A stretch of 64,000 nucleotides of DNA from the human T2T-CHM13v2.0 reference genome, Homo sapiens: the NCBI RefSeq assembly GCF_009914755.1, contig NC_060934.1, one strand, 5' to 3'. The position numbers were made by a program, and so were the translations under genes. The notes under the pieces were generated by a model. That model worked only from the letters and a program-made list of their open reading frames with translations, searched no databases and was not told the DNA's origin. Below, piece after piece: positions 48,401-64,000 of this stretch; position 1 is the first letter of the stretch, and the number at the start of each line of letters is the position of its first letter.

Positions 48401-49108
48401 TAATAAAACATGATTTACAAGTACAAGGAAATGAGCTAACAGTAAAAGATTAGCCTACTATTTGTCTATATCTTTCTACTTCAGGTGTTTCTTATAGGCA
48501 GCAAGGTACCAGATTTTATTTTTTAATCCTATCTGTAATTTTTTCTTTTTATTAAAGACTAAAGTCTATTTGTATTTATTCTATACTTTATCAACATTTT
48601 CTCCCCTTAAGGTCTTTGTTTTATAAGTAATTCTATTGACAGATGTTAGCTGTGGTAAAGTAGAATTGAATATCATTAAATACTAAACATATGATTATAA
48701 TTTTAAAATACTATATAGACTAAAACCTCAACCTTATTCTTTTTTTTCTATTCTACGTGCATAATAAAATGTTTCATTTCTTTCTTGGACAAATTGGATA
48801 TGAGTTTTGGGGCTGATTTAGTGTTCCTGCATTCTCTTCATTAGGATTTTGTTCTTTATATTTTCTTTCTGTCTCAACAAACCTTAAATACTCTTTTGGA
48901 ATCAAATCATCTTCTGTAGCAGATATTGTAGATCATTAGCTCAATCTTTTTTTCCAAACTTGTTCTCCCTTGATTGAAACTGCTATAATGGAAAGGCTAC
49001 CCTTTTAACAGATTCTGATCAATGAAGTATAGGCTGAAGTCACTCAGCAGGGCACCCATTCCTAAATAGAGAATAAAGTTTGACTAGGAAAAAGTCCTTC
49101 AGAATATA

Positions 49109-50125
<1,017 letters not shown>

Positions 50126-51119
50126 TATGTATTTTTTCTCCTAGACCTCTCCCCCATCATCTCCTTCACCACTTTCCTAGCTAATTTTCATTACTCTTTC
50201 AGAAGTTTCAACTTCAGGAGTCCTGTACTAGGTCAGGTGCCTGTGTTTCATATTTGCATAGCTTCGCATACTTCCCCTTTAAAATATTTATCAAAATTAT
50301 AATTATATAATGACACACTTAGTTGTTTAAAGTCTGCCTATATTGCAATGTAAACTCCACCTAATTTACTACTATATTCCAAACACTAATTACAGTCCCT
50401 TGCACCTGGGAGGCACTCCATAACCATCTGAATGAATAAATTTGCAAAAGATTACCTAATAAAGCATAGTGACCAAGTACATATAAGTTAAGCAATACTT
50501 CCACTCTTATCCTTAGGCCCCACCCATGCTAATTGGTCATATTCTTACTTCCTCGCTATGTACAAAATTCTCAAACATTTGAGAAAAACCAACAGTACAA
50601 AAGAAAGAAATTGTGACTGACAAAGAATCCAAGAGAATGAATTGGAAAAAATTCAATTAAAATAAAAAATTCAATTAAAATAAAAAATTTCTAGGAATAA
50701 GGCTGAATAGGTTAATTGAGCCACTCCTCAAACTAAAAATGCTGGAAAAAAAAATTTAAACGTATATATGCTTAAAGAATCAAAGAACTGGGACAACTCT
50801 CAAGAATCACTGGGATAAAATCTAAGTGAAAGCATGCATCCAAAGTGGAACACAGAGCACTGAAATCCTGTGTCCTATGTACATGTGACAAACCAAGTAG
50901 TGTGACTTTGGTTCCCATGGCTTCCCAAAGCCAGGGAGACAGAAGTCAAAGCTGCATGTCACCTAAGGGAGACCCTCTTCTCCCCAAAACTGGGATCCCA
51001 CTCTACCTCCCAACCCCCAAGTCTGCAAAGAAGGATACTCTGAGGCTGGTAGAGAGGGAACCTGAGGAGTGGAGGAGGATATGAGAAATTATAAACAAAA
51101 GCCAGTTCCCAGGGGACTA

Positions 51120-51197
51120 GATGGGGGAGGGAAAAGGGGGAAGGGGGAGGGGGAAGGGAAAGGGAAGGAAGGGGGAAAAAGAAAGAAAGGAGGAGTT
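51120..51197 (+). repeat. Polypurine (G/A) low-complexity tract
   Basis: ggggagggaaaagggggaagggggagggggaagggaaagggaagg... Confidence 0.9.
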
Positions 51198-51910
51198 AGG
51201 TAAGAGTGTGTCCTTGTTCAGGGAAAACACATACTAGAAATACATAGAGATGGATGCGCATGAGGTCTGCCTCTTACTCTCTCATTCAGAAAAAGGCTAA
51301 TGGTAATTGCTAAACATGTGCTGACAGAGAGTGCAAATATGGTGAAATATTAATAGCTGGGGACCAAGAAAGTTCTTTTTCTGTACTTATAACTTTTCTA
51401 TAAAGTTGAAAGTATTTCAACATAAATTATAAGAATACTAAATTAAAAGTCAAGTGATTATGTGAAGAATGTCTTCAAGAAGAATAATTCTCAATATACT
51501 AATTATATGATTAGTAGCCTTAATAGGGACAGTCTTAATCTGATGATAAGATCCAGGTATATTTTTCCAATGACATTAATAAACAAGAAAAGTAATGGGA
51601 AAACAAAAACCCATGAGCTTCACAAAAAAAAGAAATTAAAAAGCAAAATAAACTATGGCATAATTTTAGACAAATGAAGGAATTTAAGGGGAATCAGTTT
51701 TATCTCTATGTTTAGAAAATGAACCTTTGCCTATCACAGGTTTAGCGAGCTTGGATTACAGAAAAGATATCATACTCTCATAATTAGATCTTCAGTAAAT
51801 ATTTCTAAAAATGTAATATTTTAACTTTATTAGTGTCAGATTTTAAGTCAACCTAAAAAAAAGGCAGAAAAGGCTATAATTTAACAGAACATAATATGCT
51901 TTAGGGCTAA

Positions 51911-52527
<617 letters not shown>

Positions 52528-52987
52528 AGACTTAGTACATTCTTAAAAGCTTTTTCATTCATTCAACAAATATTTATTGAGGGCTTAAGCACAATGCCTG
52601 GTGATGGCTTGGGAGCATGGATGGATAGATGGGCAGGAGAGCAATTCCTGCTTTCATGGACTTGCCATCTTGTCCAACTCAAAGGCTCACACAATTAAAC
52701 CTGTTGTGGATTTCCTTTCAGGGAAAGAAAATGGTTTCAAGAGGAAAGGCACTGACCTAGACAGGAATATATCCTGGCAGGCTTCCTTCAGGAAGTAATG
52801 ATGGAGTGGACATCTGAAAGAAGAGTGGGTGTTAACAAGAGAAAACAGGTTGGAAAAGCTAAAAGAAAGTGAATGTGGGCAAATCCCAGGAAGCCTAGGG
52901 AAACAGTGCAAGATGAGGCTGGAGAAGTAAGAGTGGGCTAGACAACAGAAGCCTTACTAGGAAGAGAAAAGGTTAAAGATTTGGCTC

Positions 52988-53343
52988 TGCCATAGACTGA
53001 ATGTTTATGTCTTCCCAAAACTCATTGAATTCATTAGGGTGAAATCTAATTCCCAGTGTGATGGTATTTTGAGGTGGGGCTTTAGGGAAGTGATTAGGTA
53101 ACAAGGGTAGAGCCTTCATTAATGGGAGTAGAGCCCTTATAAAAGAGACCCAGGACGGAGGCCCCTTGTGCCTTCCACCATGTGGACATGATGAAAATAT
53201 GGTCACCTATCTTCAAGTAGGCCCTCACCAGACATCAGATCTGCTAGTGCCTTCATACTGGACTTCCCGGTCTCCAGAACTGTAAGAAATACATTTCTGT
53301 TGTTTTTATAGTATTCTGTTATAGCAGGCCAAACAGTTAACAC
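52988..53343 (+). mobile_element. MLT1A0-like solo LTR
   Basis: tgccatagactgaatgtttatgtc...ggacttcccggtctccagaactgtaagaaat. Confidence 0.75.
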
Positions 53344-53569
53344 AGGGTCTATTCTAAGAACAGAGGAAGTCCTGAAATATTTCAAACACTGATGTGCTCA
53401 AAGTTTTGTTTCTGTAAGCTCACTCTGGCTAAGTGTAGAAACAGGTTGTAAAGGGCATAGAAGTAATTCAGGGAGCCTAGGTAGGGACCTATTGCAATAG
53501 CTCAGGTAAAAGCTATGGTAACATGGACTAGTCTAACTGCAGTAGAATAGGGAATTTGAAATAACTGAC

Positions 53570-56102
53570 TTATGGACTGAATGTTTGTCCCCCCTCCCAC
53601 AAATTTCTATGTTGAAGCCCTAACCCATGCATGGCTGTATTTGGAGTAAGAAAGTAATTAAGGCTAAAGAGGTCATGAGAGTAGGGCCCTAATCTAATAG
53701 GACTGATATCTTTATAAGAAAGAACACTGAAGAGCTTGTTGTCTCCCCACTGCCCCTCACTCTGCTGCACATGTACCAAGGAAAGGCCAGGTGAGAACAC
53801 AGCAAGGACGCTGCCATTTGCAAGCCAGGAAGAGAGCCCTTACCCACAAAGAACCCTGCTGAACTTTGATTTGGGACTTCTAGAATCCAGAACTGTGAGA
53901 AAACAAATTTCTGTTGTTTAAGCCACCCAGTCGTCCCTTGGTATCCATGGGGGATTTGTTCTAAGATCCCCTGTAGAACCCAAAATCCATGGATGCTCAA
54001 GTCTCTTATATAAAATGGCATAGTATTTCCACATAACCTATGCCCATCCTCTTGTAATTACACTGCCTTATTTAGAGAATGAGAGGGAAAAAAAGTCTGT
54101 ACATGTTCAACATAGATGCAAATATCCTTTTTTAATGGAAATATTTTTATCCCCAGTTGGTTGAATCTATGGATGTGGAACCCTTAGATATGGAGGACCA
54201 ACTATACTTTGTTGTGGCAGCCTGAAGATAAATACAGATTTTGGTACCAAAAAGTGGTATTTCTGTAACAAATACCTAAAAATGTGGAAGTGGCTTTGGA
54301 ACTGGGTAATGGTGAGAGGCTGGAGGAGTTTTAACATGCATGCTAAAAAAAAAGTCTATAGTGTCCTGAAGGACTGTTGATAGCTATGGTCCAACAGATG
54401 ATTGAATTAAAGGTAACTCTTATAAGGGCTCAGAAAGAAAAGAGGAGAGCCAGAGAGAAAGCCTCCATATTCTTACAGAATACATATATCATCATCAACA
54501 GAATGTTCGTGGGCATGATGGACTTTAAAGGCCCGTCTGGTGAAGTCTTAGGTAGAAATGCAGAACAGGTTAATAGAAACAAAGGAGATTCTTGTTATAA
54601 AATAGAAAGAAATAAATAGTTGTGTTCTAGTGTTTTGTGGAAGGCAGAAATTGTGAGCAATGAAACTGGATCTAAATTTAGCTAAGGAGATTTCTAAGCA
54701 AAGTATTGAAGGAGCAACTTGGTTTCTCTACCACTTAAAATGCAAGGAGATAAAGCGAAGGAATTTTAAGCAAAAAGAAACTAGAACTTGAAGATATAGA
54801 AAATTCTCAAGCCTATCCACATTGCGAAGAAATGAGAAAGCTTGTTTGGAAGAGAACATTAAAGGTGTGGCTGAACAACCATTTGATAACATTAGTGTGG
54901 GTGTGAACTACAGATTTAATCAGCCACCTGAGCAGAAGCCAAGAATAGAGATGGGATTGTACCAGCAGAGATACTGTCAGCCAGGACTAAAGGGGACAGG
55001 AAAAATCAGAATGGAATGAAAGAAGGCTGTAGGACTTCTCAGATTCTACAGAAACAGACAACAGAGCTATCTGGCTGTGAGCATGAGCTACCCTTTTAAA
55101 AAGTGAAGAATGGCCCCAAAAGTGATTCAAATACTGTCCGTGAACCACAGCCTGCCATTCTCACCACAGGCCTAAGAGGCAGGGCTAGTTCCTCCTCCAT
55201 TTCAAAGGGTGGGGCTTTTTCACTCAGGGGAGGCCAGGATCCCACTGCCCAATGCCTCAGGGACAAGGCTGAGGCCCAGTGCCATAAGGGTGACAGTGCA
55301 AGTGGGCCTGGAGGGCATAGCATCAAACCAAAAAGAATAATTCTAGAGCCTTAAGACCTAATGGGATTTGCCTTGCCAGGTTTGGGGACTTGCTTGGGAC
55401 TTGTCATCCTTTTTTTCTTTCTTGTTTCTCCTTTCTGAGATGGCATGTCTTTCCTATGCCCGTCCCATCATTGTGTTTTGGAAGAGCATATTGTCTGGTT
55501 TCACAGGTTCACAGCTGGAGAGGAATTTTGCCTCAGAATGAATGGTACCAAAAGTCTCGGCCATACCTGATTTATGCTTACATTAGGCTTTGGATTTTAG
55601 ACTTTAGAGTTGATACTTAAACAAGTTAAGACTTTTAGTGTGGTTGGGATGGAAGAGAATATATCTACATGTGACAAGAACACAGATTTTGGCAGGCCAC
55701 GGACAGTATGTTACAGATTGAACGCATGTGCCCCCCACTTCAAAATTCCCACTTTGAAGCCCTAACCCCTAGTGTGGCTGTATTTGGAGTAAGACAGTAA
55801 TTAAGATTAAATTAAGTAATAAGGGTGGGGCCCTGATCTGACAAGACTAGTGTCCTTAGAAGAAGAGACACCAGATAGCACTCATGCTCTTCTCCCACCC
55901 ACAACCCACTTTGTGTGTACACATTGAACAAAGGCCATGTGAGGACAAAGCAAGAAGGCAGCTGTCTACAAGCCAGGAAGAGAGCCCTCACCAGAAACTG
56001 ACCCTGTTGGACCTTGATCTGAGACTTCTAGCTTATAGAACTGTGAGAAAAATTTCTGTAGGTTATGGTACTTTGTTATGGCAGCCTGAAAAGACTAATA
56101 CA
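53570..56102 (+). mobile_element. Complete MLT1A MaLR (LTR-int-LTR); 5' LTR interrupted by MER2 (53928-54204)
   Basis: Two similar LTRs (53570-54236 and 55709-56102); internal region starts gattttggtacc...gtggctttggaactgggtaat; 5-bp TSD ctgac at 53565-53569 and 56103-56107. Confidence 0.85.
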
Positions 56103-56676
56103 CTGACAAAAATTAGGAAGTATTGAGGTAATGTGTTGTTAAGCTAATTCCTCACTTTTAATAGTAGAGTAGAATAAAATAACGTCTAAAATATACTGGC
56201 TAGTGTTATGATGGTAACAACTAGAAAAACTAAAATTAATTATTAGAAGAAATTGGAGGGGGGTGTCTATGATAAAATTTTACTTTTTAACCCTTAGTTT
56301 TTCTAAAGCTATGTATATTAGTTTCATCAACCATTTCAAAAGTTTAACTTAATTTTCAAAGAAAACTTAAAATATCATGCCTTCATTCCTTAAATTTCAT
56401 TGTTTTATTTTTATGATTTTTGCTATATTAATCCTTGCCAATTTTAAACCAACATTTTTAACCTAAATCAATTTATTTTACATTATTTTCAACTTAAGCT
56501 GCTTATACTTACATTTTCCAATACATTAAAATATATAATTATTACAAATGTTCACCCATGTAATACCTAAAATTATCTCACGTTCCAGGAGTGGTAGACG
56601 GCTTACACTTTGAAAAACATGACTAGATGCAAAATTTGAGTATTCGTCTTGATGGCTTAAAAACATATTAAACATA

Positions 56677-56978
56677 GGCTGGATACGGTGGCTCATGCCT
56701 GTAATCCCAGCACTTTGGGAGCCTGAGACGGGTGGATCACGGGGTCAAGAGACTGAGACCATCCTGGCCAACATGGTGAGACCCTGTCTCTACTAAAAAT
56801 ATAAAAATTAGCTGGGCGTGGTGGTGCGCACCTGTAGTCCTAGCTACTCAGGAGGCTGGGGCAGGAGAATCACTTGAACCGGAGGCAGAGGTTGCAGTGA
56901 GCTGAGATCATGCCACTGTACTCCAGCCTGGCAACAGAGTGAGACTCCATCTAAAAAAAAAGAAAAAAAAAAGAAAAA
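56677..56978 (+). mobile_element. AluSc-like
   Basis: Full dimer; TSD aca(ta)ttaaacata. Confidence 0.9.
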
Positions 56979-57265
56979 TCACATTAAACATATATGAGAA
57001 AATGAATTCCTGTCTTTTAAAAAATAATTGTCTCCACAAGTTACACGTACACTGATAGGATTTTAAGGACACCTGAGTATTTGGATTTCCCTTTTTAGAA
57101 TGATTACATTAAATATAACCTGAAAATATTCCACATAGCCAAAAGTTAAAAATTTAAAACTTTTAGTGCTGTTAAAACTAAATGCTGTTTTAAAAAAATC
57201 CAGAAACTGAACTTCGTTACATAAAATGGGCTTAGCTAAATAAAACAATATAAATGCCTTTTTTA

Positions 57266-57571
<306 letters not shown>

Positions 57572-58505
57572 TCACGGTTAAGTTGTCCAATGCATCAATT
57601 TATTCAACTAATGTTTAACCAGTACCTACAGGCAATCTACTCTGCTAATTACTGGAAATGCAAAGACAGATACAATGTCTCTAAAATTTGGAATGTGTCT
57701 GTGTAAGAATTTAAAGCATAAAGAAATGCCCCTCAATATAATGATATAACTTGTTGAATTAAAATAGTTCAGCTGTCAGTTATTGAAAACTAGTAAAAAG
57801 ACTTAACTTTCACCACAATCTTTAGTAAAACTTAGAATGAGACTTACTTCTACTTATAGTCTTGGTTTAAAAAGCATAGCACACTACATCAAGTAGGCCC
57901 TAGGCATTCATATTTGTTTGCAGAATAAATATGCTATGGTCCATTTCTCAGCAGTCTAACTCTGTAAGGCAGTTCTTATATTTTAAGTGTCTAAAACACG
58001 TGTCTTCTTGATACAGGAGGAAATACTGAATTATTCATAACACAGATGAAAGTATTTTTCATCTACTTATATCCACCCTTCTTAAAAAGCATGCCTTCAA
58101 CCCCCATTTGCATAGCTCCTCTGCTAACTTTTAGCCATTCCCTCTTATGAATGTACTGCCCTCTTTGTCTGAAGGCATCTGTCTCCATCAACATTTCATT
58201 TCTTACAGGAGCAGGGGCAGTGAGCTCTCCAGTTCATTCAGCCTTAAGTAGAGGAAGGGGCCCCTCACAGCTCCTAAGTTAGCCTTCTGGTACTCTTAGC
58301 AGAGTCTGGTACTCTTAGCAGAGTCTGCTACCCCAGGGCTGCAGAGTCTACCTGGGTTAGGTGCTAGTTGTTTACCAGGGTTCAGCATCAGTCTGAACTG
58401 AGCTTCTATACAGCAAGTGGCCACTAAGTGCCTTAGTGGTTTCTGGTTACACCTGGGGAACAGGGTCCTTAATATCCTAAAAGAATATTTTTATACTGAT
58501 AGTTA

Positions 58506-59446
58506 TTTTATCCACGTAAAATAAATCACTCATTTAATTAAATAGTTTTATAAAAGAAAAATTATTTATAAAAGAAAAACTATTATAAATAAATAATGAA
58601 ATTCATAATGAAATTGAATATTTATTTGAATTTCTCCTGGTAATAGCACTCAACAAATAAGAAAAACCGAGCTGTGAGATTTTGTTTTAAATGTAGCCAT
58701 ATTTCAAAAGGTAAAAAGTTGGCTTCTATATTTAATGGCAAGTGGGACATCTTCTATTTTAAAATTAACATTCAAAAAGTAGTAAAATATACACTATCAT
58801 GAACACGATGTGTTTTATAGAATGGATTCATGTCCGAATACTAATCTGAATGTGGAAGAAATGTATTATCTGTTAAAAACCACACTGGAAAAATGTTCTT
58901 TTTTATAAAAAGTAGCTTGAAGTAAAAAGGAACTTGCTAATAAAGCCAGTAAACTTTCACACGTGGGATTTTTAAAAAATCTCCACCCATCCCACCTCTG
59001 AAAAAAAAAGAAGGAGAAGAATAAAAGAAAGAAAAAGAAAAAACCCATATGGTCAATCTGAGTAGAGCCATTCATTACATGACTGCTCATTCTGTACAAT
59101 GTGGAAGCCTGGTTATTTAGGAAATATTTCGTTTCCTAAAGTGCATCTTTTGAAGATTTGCCTAGTAAAACTGCAATATCATATACAAAACACTTAACAC
59201 AAGACATGCAATAACAAAGCTAAATCATTCCAGTGTAAAGTTGTTAAAACTACTTTTAAAACTTTTGTTTCACCAAGAAATAAAGATGTAAAATACAGTA
59301 GCATTCTTGTTCTCCAACAGTATGCATTGTATGCTTTTGTTATTTGGCAAATCTTTTAGAGTCGAACAAAAATAATAGTCTAAACAACATTTCTTCTGTC
59401 ATTATAATACGAATCCCGGGCAGAACAGTAAGATGTAGAGGAAGAG
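58506..59446 (-). other. ZFAND4: ZFAND4 3' UTR with tandem poly(A) signals
   Basis: AT-rich, repeat-free sequence after the stop codon; minus-strand AATAAA at 58626-58621 and ATTAAA at 58538-58533; the end coordinate is approximate. Confidence 0.7.
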
Positions 59447-59582
59447 TTAGATTTTTGGAAGCTTTGGTGCATTAACCACAGGATTTGCCTCGTGCAAGTA
59501 TCTCCTCCCTGCACTCTTGTAATCATAGGTACAGCCATGAGTTTCTGCATAACGATGAGATGCACAGAAGTTGTTTCCACAT
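59447..59582 (-). CDS. ZFAND4: Last coding exon of AN1-type zinc finger protein 4
   Basis: Acceptor tgctttag; phase 2, then CGNNFCASHRYAETHGCTYDYKSAGRRYLHEANPVVNAPKLPKI and TAA, the classic AN1 finger C-terminal half. Confidence 0.95.
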
Positions 59583-59823
59583 CTAAAGCACAAAAAAAGT
59601 TTACGTGAATAGTTGTATTTCTATGAAAGGCTCATCTGTCTGGGAGACAGGAGCTTGACTTCAGGTAGTCCAACAGGGGCCCTTTGGTTCTTTTTAGCAA
59701 TTTCACTGCTGACATTTCCCTTCCATTCGTAAACAAGCATAAATACCCCCAAAAAGAACAAGTTAATTATCTACGAATATGACAATTTATGATAAAGAAG
59801 TCATTATTGACTGAAACAGGGTA

Positions 59824-60180
<357 letters not shown>

Positions 60181-60349
60181 TTATACCTAGTAAACCTAAA
60201 AGAATTCTGAATTTCTGAGGAATTCAGTCTCATGATAAAATTAAAATAGTAAAACCTAACTATGCCATGAAAGGATTTTTAAAAATATTTCTAGTAGCAA
60301 AATAGGTTGTTTTCATTCGAACCGAATACACTCTAAAAAGCAGGGATTG

Positions 60350-60620
60350 GGATGGGTGTGGTGGCGGCTCACACCTGAAATTCCAGCACTTTGGGAGGCA
60401 AAGGTGAGAAGATCACTTGAGGCCAGGAGTTTGAGACCAGCCTAGGCAATATAGTGAGATCTGTCTCTACAAAAAATTTAAAAAATTAACCAGGCATGAT
60501 GGCACATGCCTATAGTCCTCACTATTAGGGAGGCTGAGGCAGGGGGATCGCTTGAGCCCAAGACATCAAGGCTCCAGTGAGTTATGATTACAGTACTGAA
60601 AAAAAAAAAAAAAAAAAAAA
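60350..60620 (+). mobile_element. AluJ
   Basis: Diverged dimer with A tail. Confidence 0.85.
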
Positions 60621-61146
60621 GTCCGCAGCAGCAGTTATTTTAATTCAAGCCTAGCCCCAATCTAAGGGCAGACATCCAAGATAATATGACATAACATCCT
60701 TGGAGGATATCAATCAATACTAATGAAATAAATAATTACAGTAAGAAAAAGGTCATACTTTTTTGGAAATATATTATTCATCTATTTTATATTAACTTTT
60801 AATTTTTTAATTAAATTTTTAATAGAATATTCAGGGAGGGGTTCTTCCAAGGTGCCACTCAAACAAAATCCAAGCAGGTTCATCATAAGACGAAAAAGGT
60901 ACACTCTCAGATTGGTTTAAACCTCCTAACTTAAAGGACAAGGAAGGATCTGTTTTTGTCTTTTGGAAACCCATGAGCTATCTACTTGTTCTTTACTTCA
61001 GCCAATTAGAAGTTCAACTGAAGATAGCTATTGAACATCATCTTAATGATGTTATAAACAGGCAATTTAAATATTTTATTTTGCATAATCCCCAAGCTGG
61101 GTTATCACAGAGAAAGCATCTGAGCTTCTCCAGCTCGCCAACCTGC

Positions 61147-61267
61147 CTGCATTCGTAGCTACTAGCCAGTCCTGTTTTCTTTCCACAAAGAAAACAATGA
61201 TTTGTTGTTTTCTTCTTTGTCTGAAGAGGGGCTTTCACAGGTGGGAGGTGATGAGTAGTACATTCTC
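61147..61267 (-). CDS. ZFAND4: Penultimate coding exon of ZFAND4
   Basis: Acceptor tttctctaaacag; ECTTHHLPPVKAPLQTKKKTTNHCFLCGKKTGLASSYEC plus AG; joins the last exon in frame as ECRCG only through the GC donor. Confidence 0.93.
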
Positions 61268-62036
61268 CTGTTTAGAGAAAGGACACCTTGATTAACACAG
61301 GCATAAAATCCTAAACATGAAATATTATTAAGCAAAACACAAAACATAGTCCTATCAAAGTAAATATCTATGCCATAAAAATTAATTTGTGCTATTTTTA
61401 TATCTAAAATTACTTATAAAATCTACAGGTCAAGTTGCAGTGGAACTATTTCTTTTAAGATGTGGTAGGTTTCTACTGATTAGCACTTATATTTTTAGAA
61501 CTTTTTATACACACCACTTTCCTCATTATTTCTAATGGTAATCAGTTTATATAAAGTACACCAAATTTTGACAGAGAATAAAGAAAAATGTCTGCTTCAA
61601 AATCATATTTGATGAAGCCTCTGAGAACATGATTGCAATATAAATATTCTGTTTGTTCACACCAAAAAGAAGTACCAGAATATCATGAAACATGCCTTTT
61701 AGTCCTATTACACCACTGACAGTTCATCAAACCATGAGCAAGTCATTTATTCTTTCAAAACTTCAATATGTTTATTTTTAACATAATAGAACATGTATTT
61801 TTCTCTCTAGGTTAATAAGCACTTTAAGGTCAACTCAATCCATATATGTAAAAAGCACTCTGAAAGTTTTAAGCATGTTATAATTACATAAAATGTCATA
61901 TTAATAATAGTAACTAACAGTACACAGCTCAATTTCACAGTACTACTAGTTTTCCAAAAATATTTACTGAATTCTGTATTACTGTATCAACTTGAGTTTT
62001 TACCTTAAAAATAAGAGCACATCTGTTATTATATAA

Positions 62037-62349
<313 letters not shown>

Positions 62350-63207
62350 AAATCAATTTCTTTAATTACTAAGTTAAATGTCTTTTAGAACTGATCAAAA
62401 TGCCAACAAACCCCAGTCATAAGCAGAGAGGCTCAAAGTTCCTGCCCATAGTTGATAAAGTAACAGTACAAATACACATGTGCTTGGTGTCACACAAAGG
62501 CTAAGAAGCAAGAGGCAAAGAAAGAATGCAAGAACAAGTGGAAGGAGTGAGGAAAAACTGGTAGTGTCAATGGTGCTGGGACCTTTTCTCCACTACTGAA
62601 AAAGGTTTAGGAGGCCTAAGCTTGGTATTTAGTTGGCAGCTAAAAGTCTGAAATTTCTTAAAGGGTTCAAAAAATTGGATTTACAATTAATTGGTTCTAT
62701 GTCTTTTTTTTTTTGTCACAACAGAGATTAGGTAATTTGTACACAAGCCCAGCAAAATTAAATCTTCTTTATTACCAGTATAAAATACACTTCCAGATCT
62801 TGCCAAAACTAGAAACAAAATTTGAAACAATTGAGAGACTCCTAATGGTGCCTGGGTACCAACTCAGTTAATAAACGTTTTCTTTCTCAAGTGCACTTAG
62901 AGATACCAAGAACATCTCACAAAGGTGAGGGAGTAATTCCATTATTTAAAGTATTTTTAAAAAGATATTTACTTGCACTTGCACAAGACACCAAAGAAAG
63001 GCATATATTACAAGATGTCCAATGAATGTTAATCTACTCGAAACCATCTTTAAAATTCAGGCTTAGGATATTCTTCCTTAAACAATGGTGGAAGAATCTC
63101 TGATGGTAATTTAATTCACTGTAGTCACATTTTCATTTTTTTTCTTTTCTTAGGGGATGCTTAACTTGATATTCTCCATACTTTTTTTCATTTAAGAACT
63201 CTTGTGA

Positions 63208-63498
63208 GGCTGGGCGCGGTGGCTCACACCTGTAATCCTAGCACTTTGGGAGGCCAAGGTGGGCGAATCAACTGAGGTCAGTTCAAGACCAGTCAGGCCA
63301 ACATGGTAAAACTCCGTCTCTACTAAAAATACATAAATTAGCTGGGCATGGTAGCACGCGCCTGTAGTCCCAGCTACTCAGGAGGCTGAAGCAGAAGAAT
63401 CACTTCAACCCGCGAGGAAGAGGTTGCAGTGAGCCGAGATCGTGCCACTGCACTTCAGCCTAATCAGGTAACAGGGCGAGACTCTGTCTAAAAAAAAA
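63208..63498 (+). mobile_element. AluS
   Basis: Full dimer; TSD aagaactcttg. Confidence 0.9.
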
Positions 63499-64000
63499 GA
63501 ACTCTTGCGAATGTGTAGAGACAGAGAATACATTAGTGACAGTAATGAGGTAGCACAAAAATATAAGTGCAGTACTCTATGAGAGCAGCCTCCATACATC
63601 CTTCTACCAATAGAGAAAACTATTAGCAACTACTGTGTACTAGGAACCATCAATAAACATATTGATTCCCCACTATAAACAGGAAAAATCTAAATTCCTT
63701 GGACTGGCATTTAAGGTATTATTATGTCCAATATAATGCCTTTCTAACTATCCAGAGACACTGTAATTTACCATGTCATACCTACCCCGAAGGATGTACC
63801 AAGTCCTTCCACATCTGCAATCTCTTCTAAAGTAAACTCTACCTTGTCAACCCAGTAGAATTTGACTTATCCTGTAAGACATCATCAATTATCAACTCCT
63901 CTCTGAAGCCTTCTCTCAAATGTGTACTGAACAGATGAATAAAGAAAAAAACCCATAAAATCATATTGATGGTAAGAGTTGCTTTTCACAACAAGATGAA

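Noticed and set aside
58286-58327. 19-bp tandem duplication, and similar ones near 27419, 41841 and 50646
   Set aside because: Ordinary slippage duplications with no functional context
59380-59580. 66-aa ORF METTSVHLIV
   Set aside because: An alternative frame over the real last exon
61038-61146. ORF-track extension QVGELEKLRCFLCDNPAWGLCK with a second CFLC motif
   Set aside because: Intron read-through past the donor; the true finger continues in the 59447-59582 exon and the CFLC echo is probably chance

Overview
Human/primate genomic DNA that is mostly interspersed repeat; nearly every ORF in the supplied track is a spurious Alu, L1 or LTR frame. The only cellular coding sequence I can support is two minus-strand exons (61147-61267 and 59447-59582) that splice to a C-terminal AN1-type zinc finger matching ZFAND4 (ANUBL1), followed by its 3' UTR. 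A CpG-island promoter at about 37260-38110, with minus-strand splice donors, is most likely the 5' end of MARCHF8 (MARCH8). That identity is inferred from recalled gene order next to ZFAND4 on chr10q11, which would make roughly 1-37200 its long first intron. Repeat content includes a deleted HERV-H provirus with both LTR7s and a perfect tRNA-His PBS, solo LTR22, LTR7B, LTR12, LTR12C and LTR26-like LTRs, a complete MLT1A MaLR, deeply nested MER82/L1/MER30/Alu insertions and about 30 Alus. I see no evidence of a new multi-gene biological system. The most interesting signals are: a GC-AG splice donor inside the ZFAND4 zinc finger competing with a GT donor 4 nt away; a double CLEAR/E-box inverted repeat at the promoter; LTR12 promoters upstream of it; rearrangements inside the HERV-H; and an old twin-primed L1. 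Repeat subfamily names are from recall, not from a database search.
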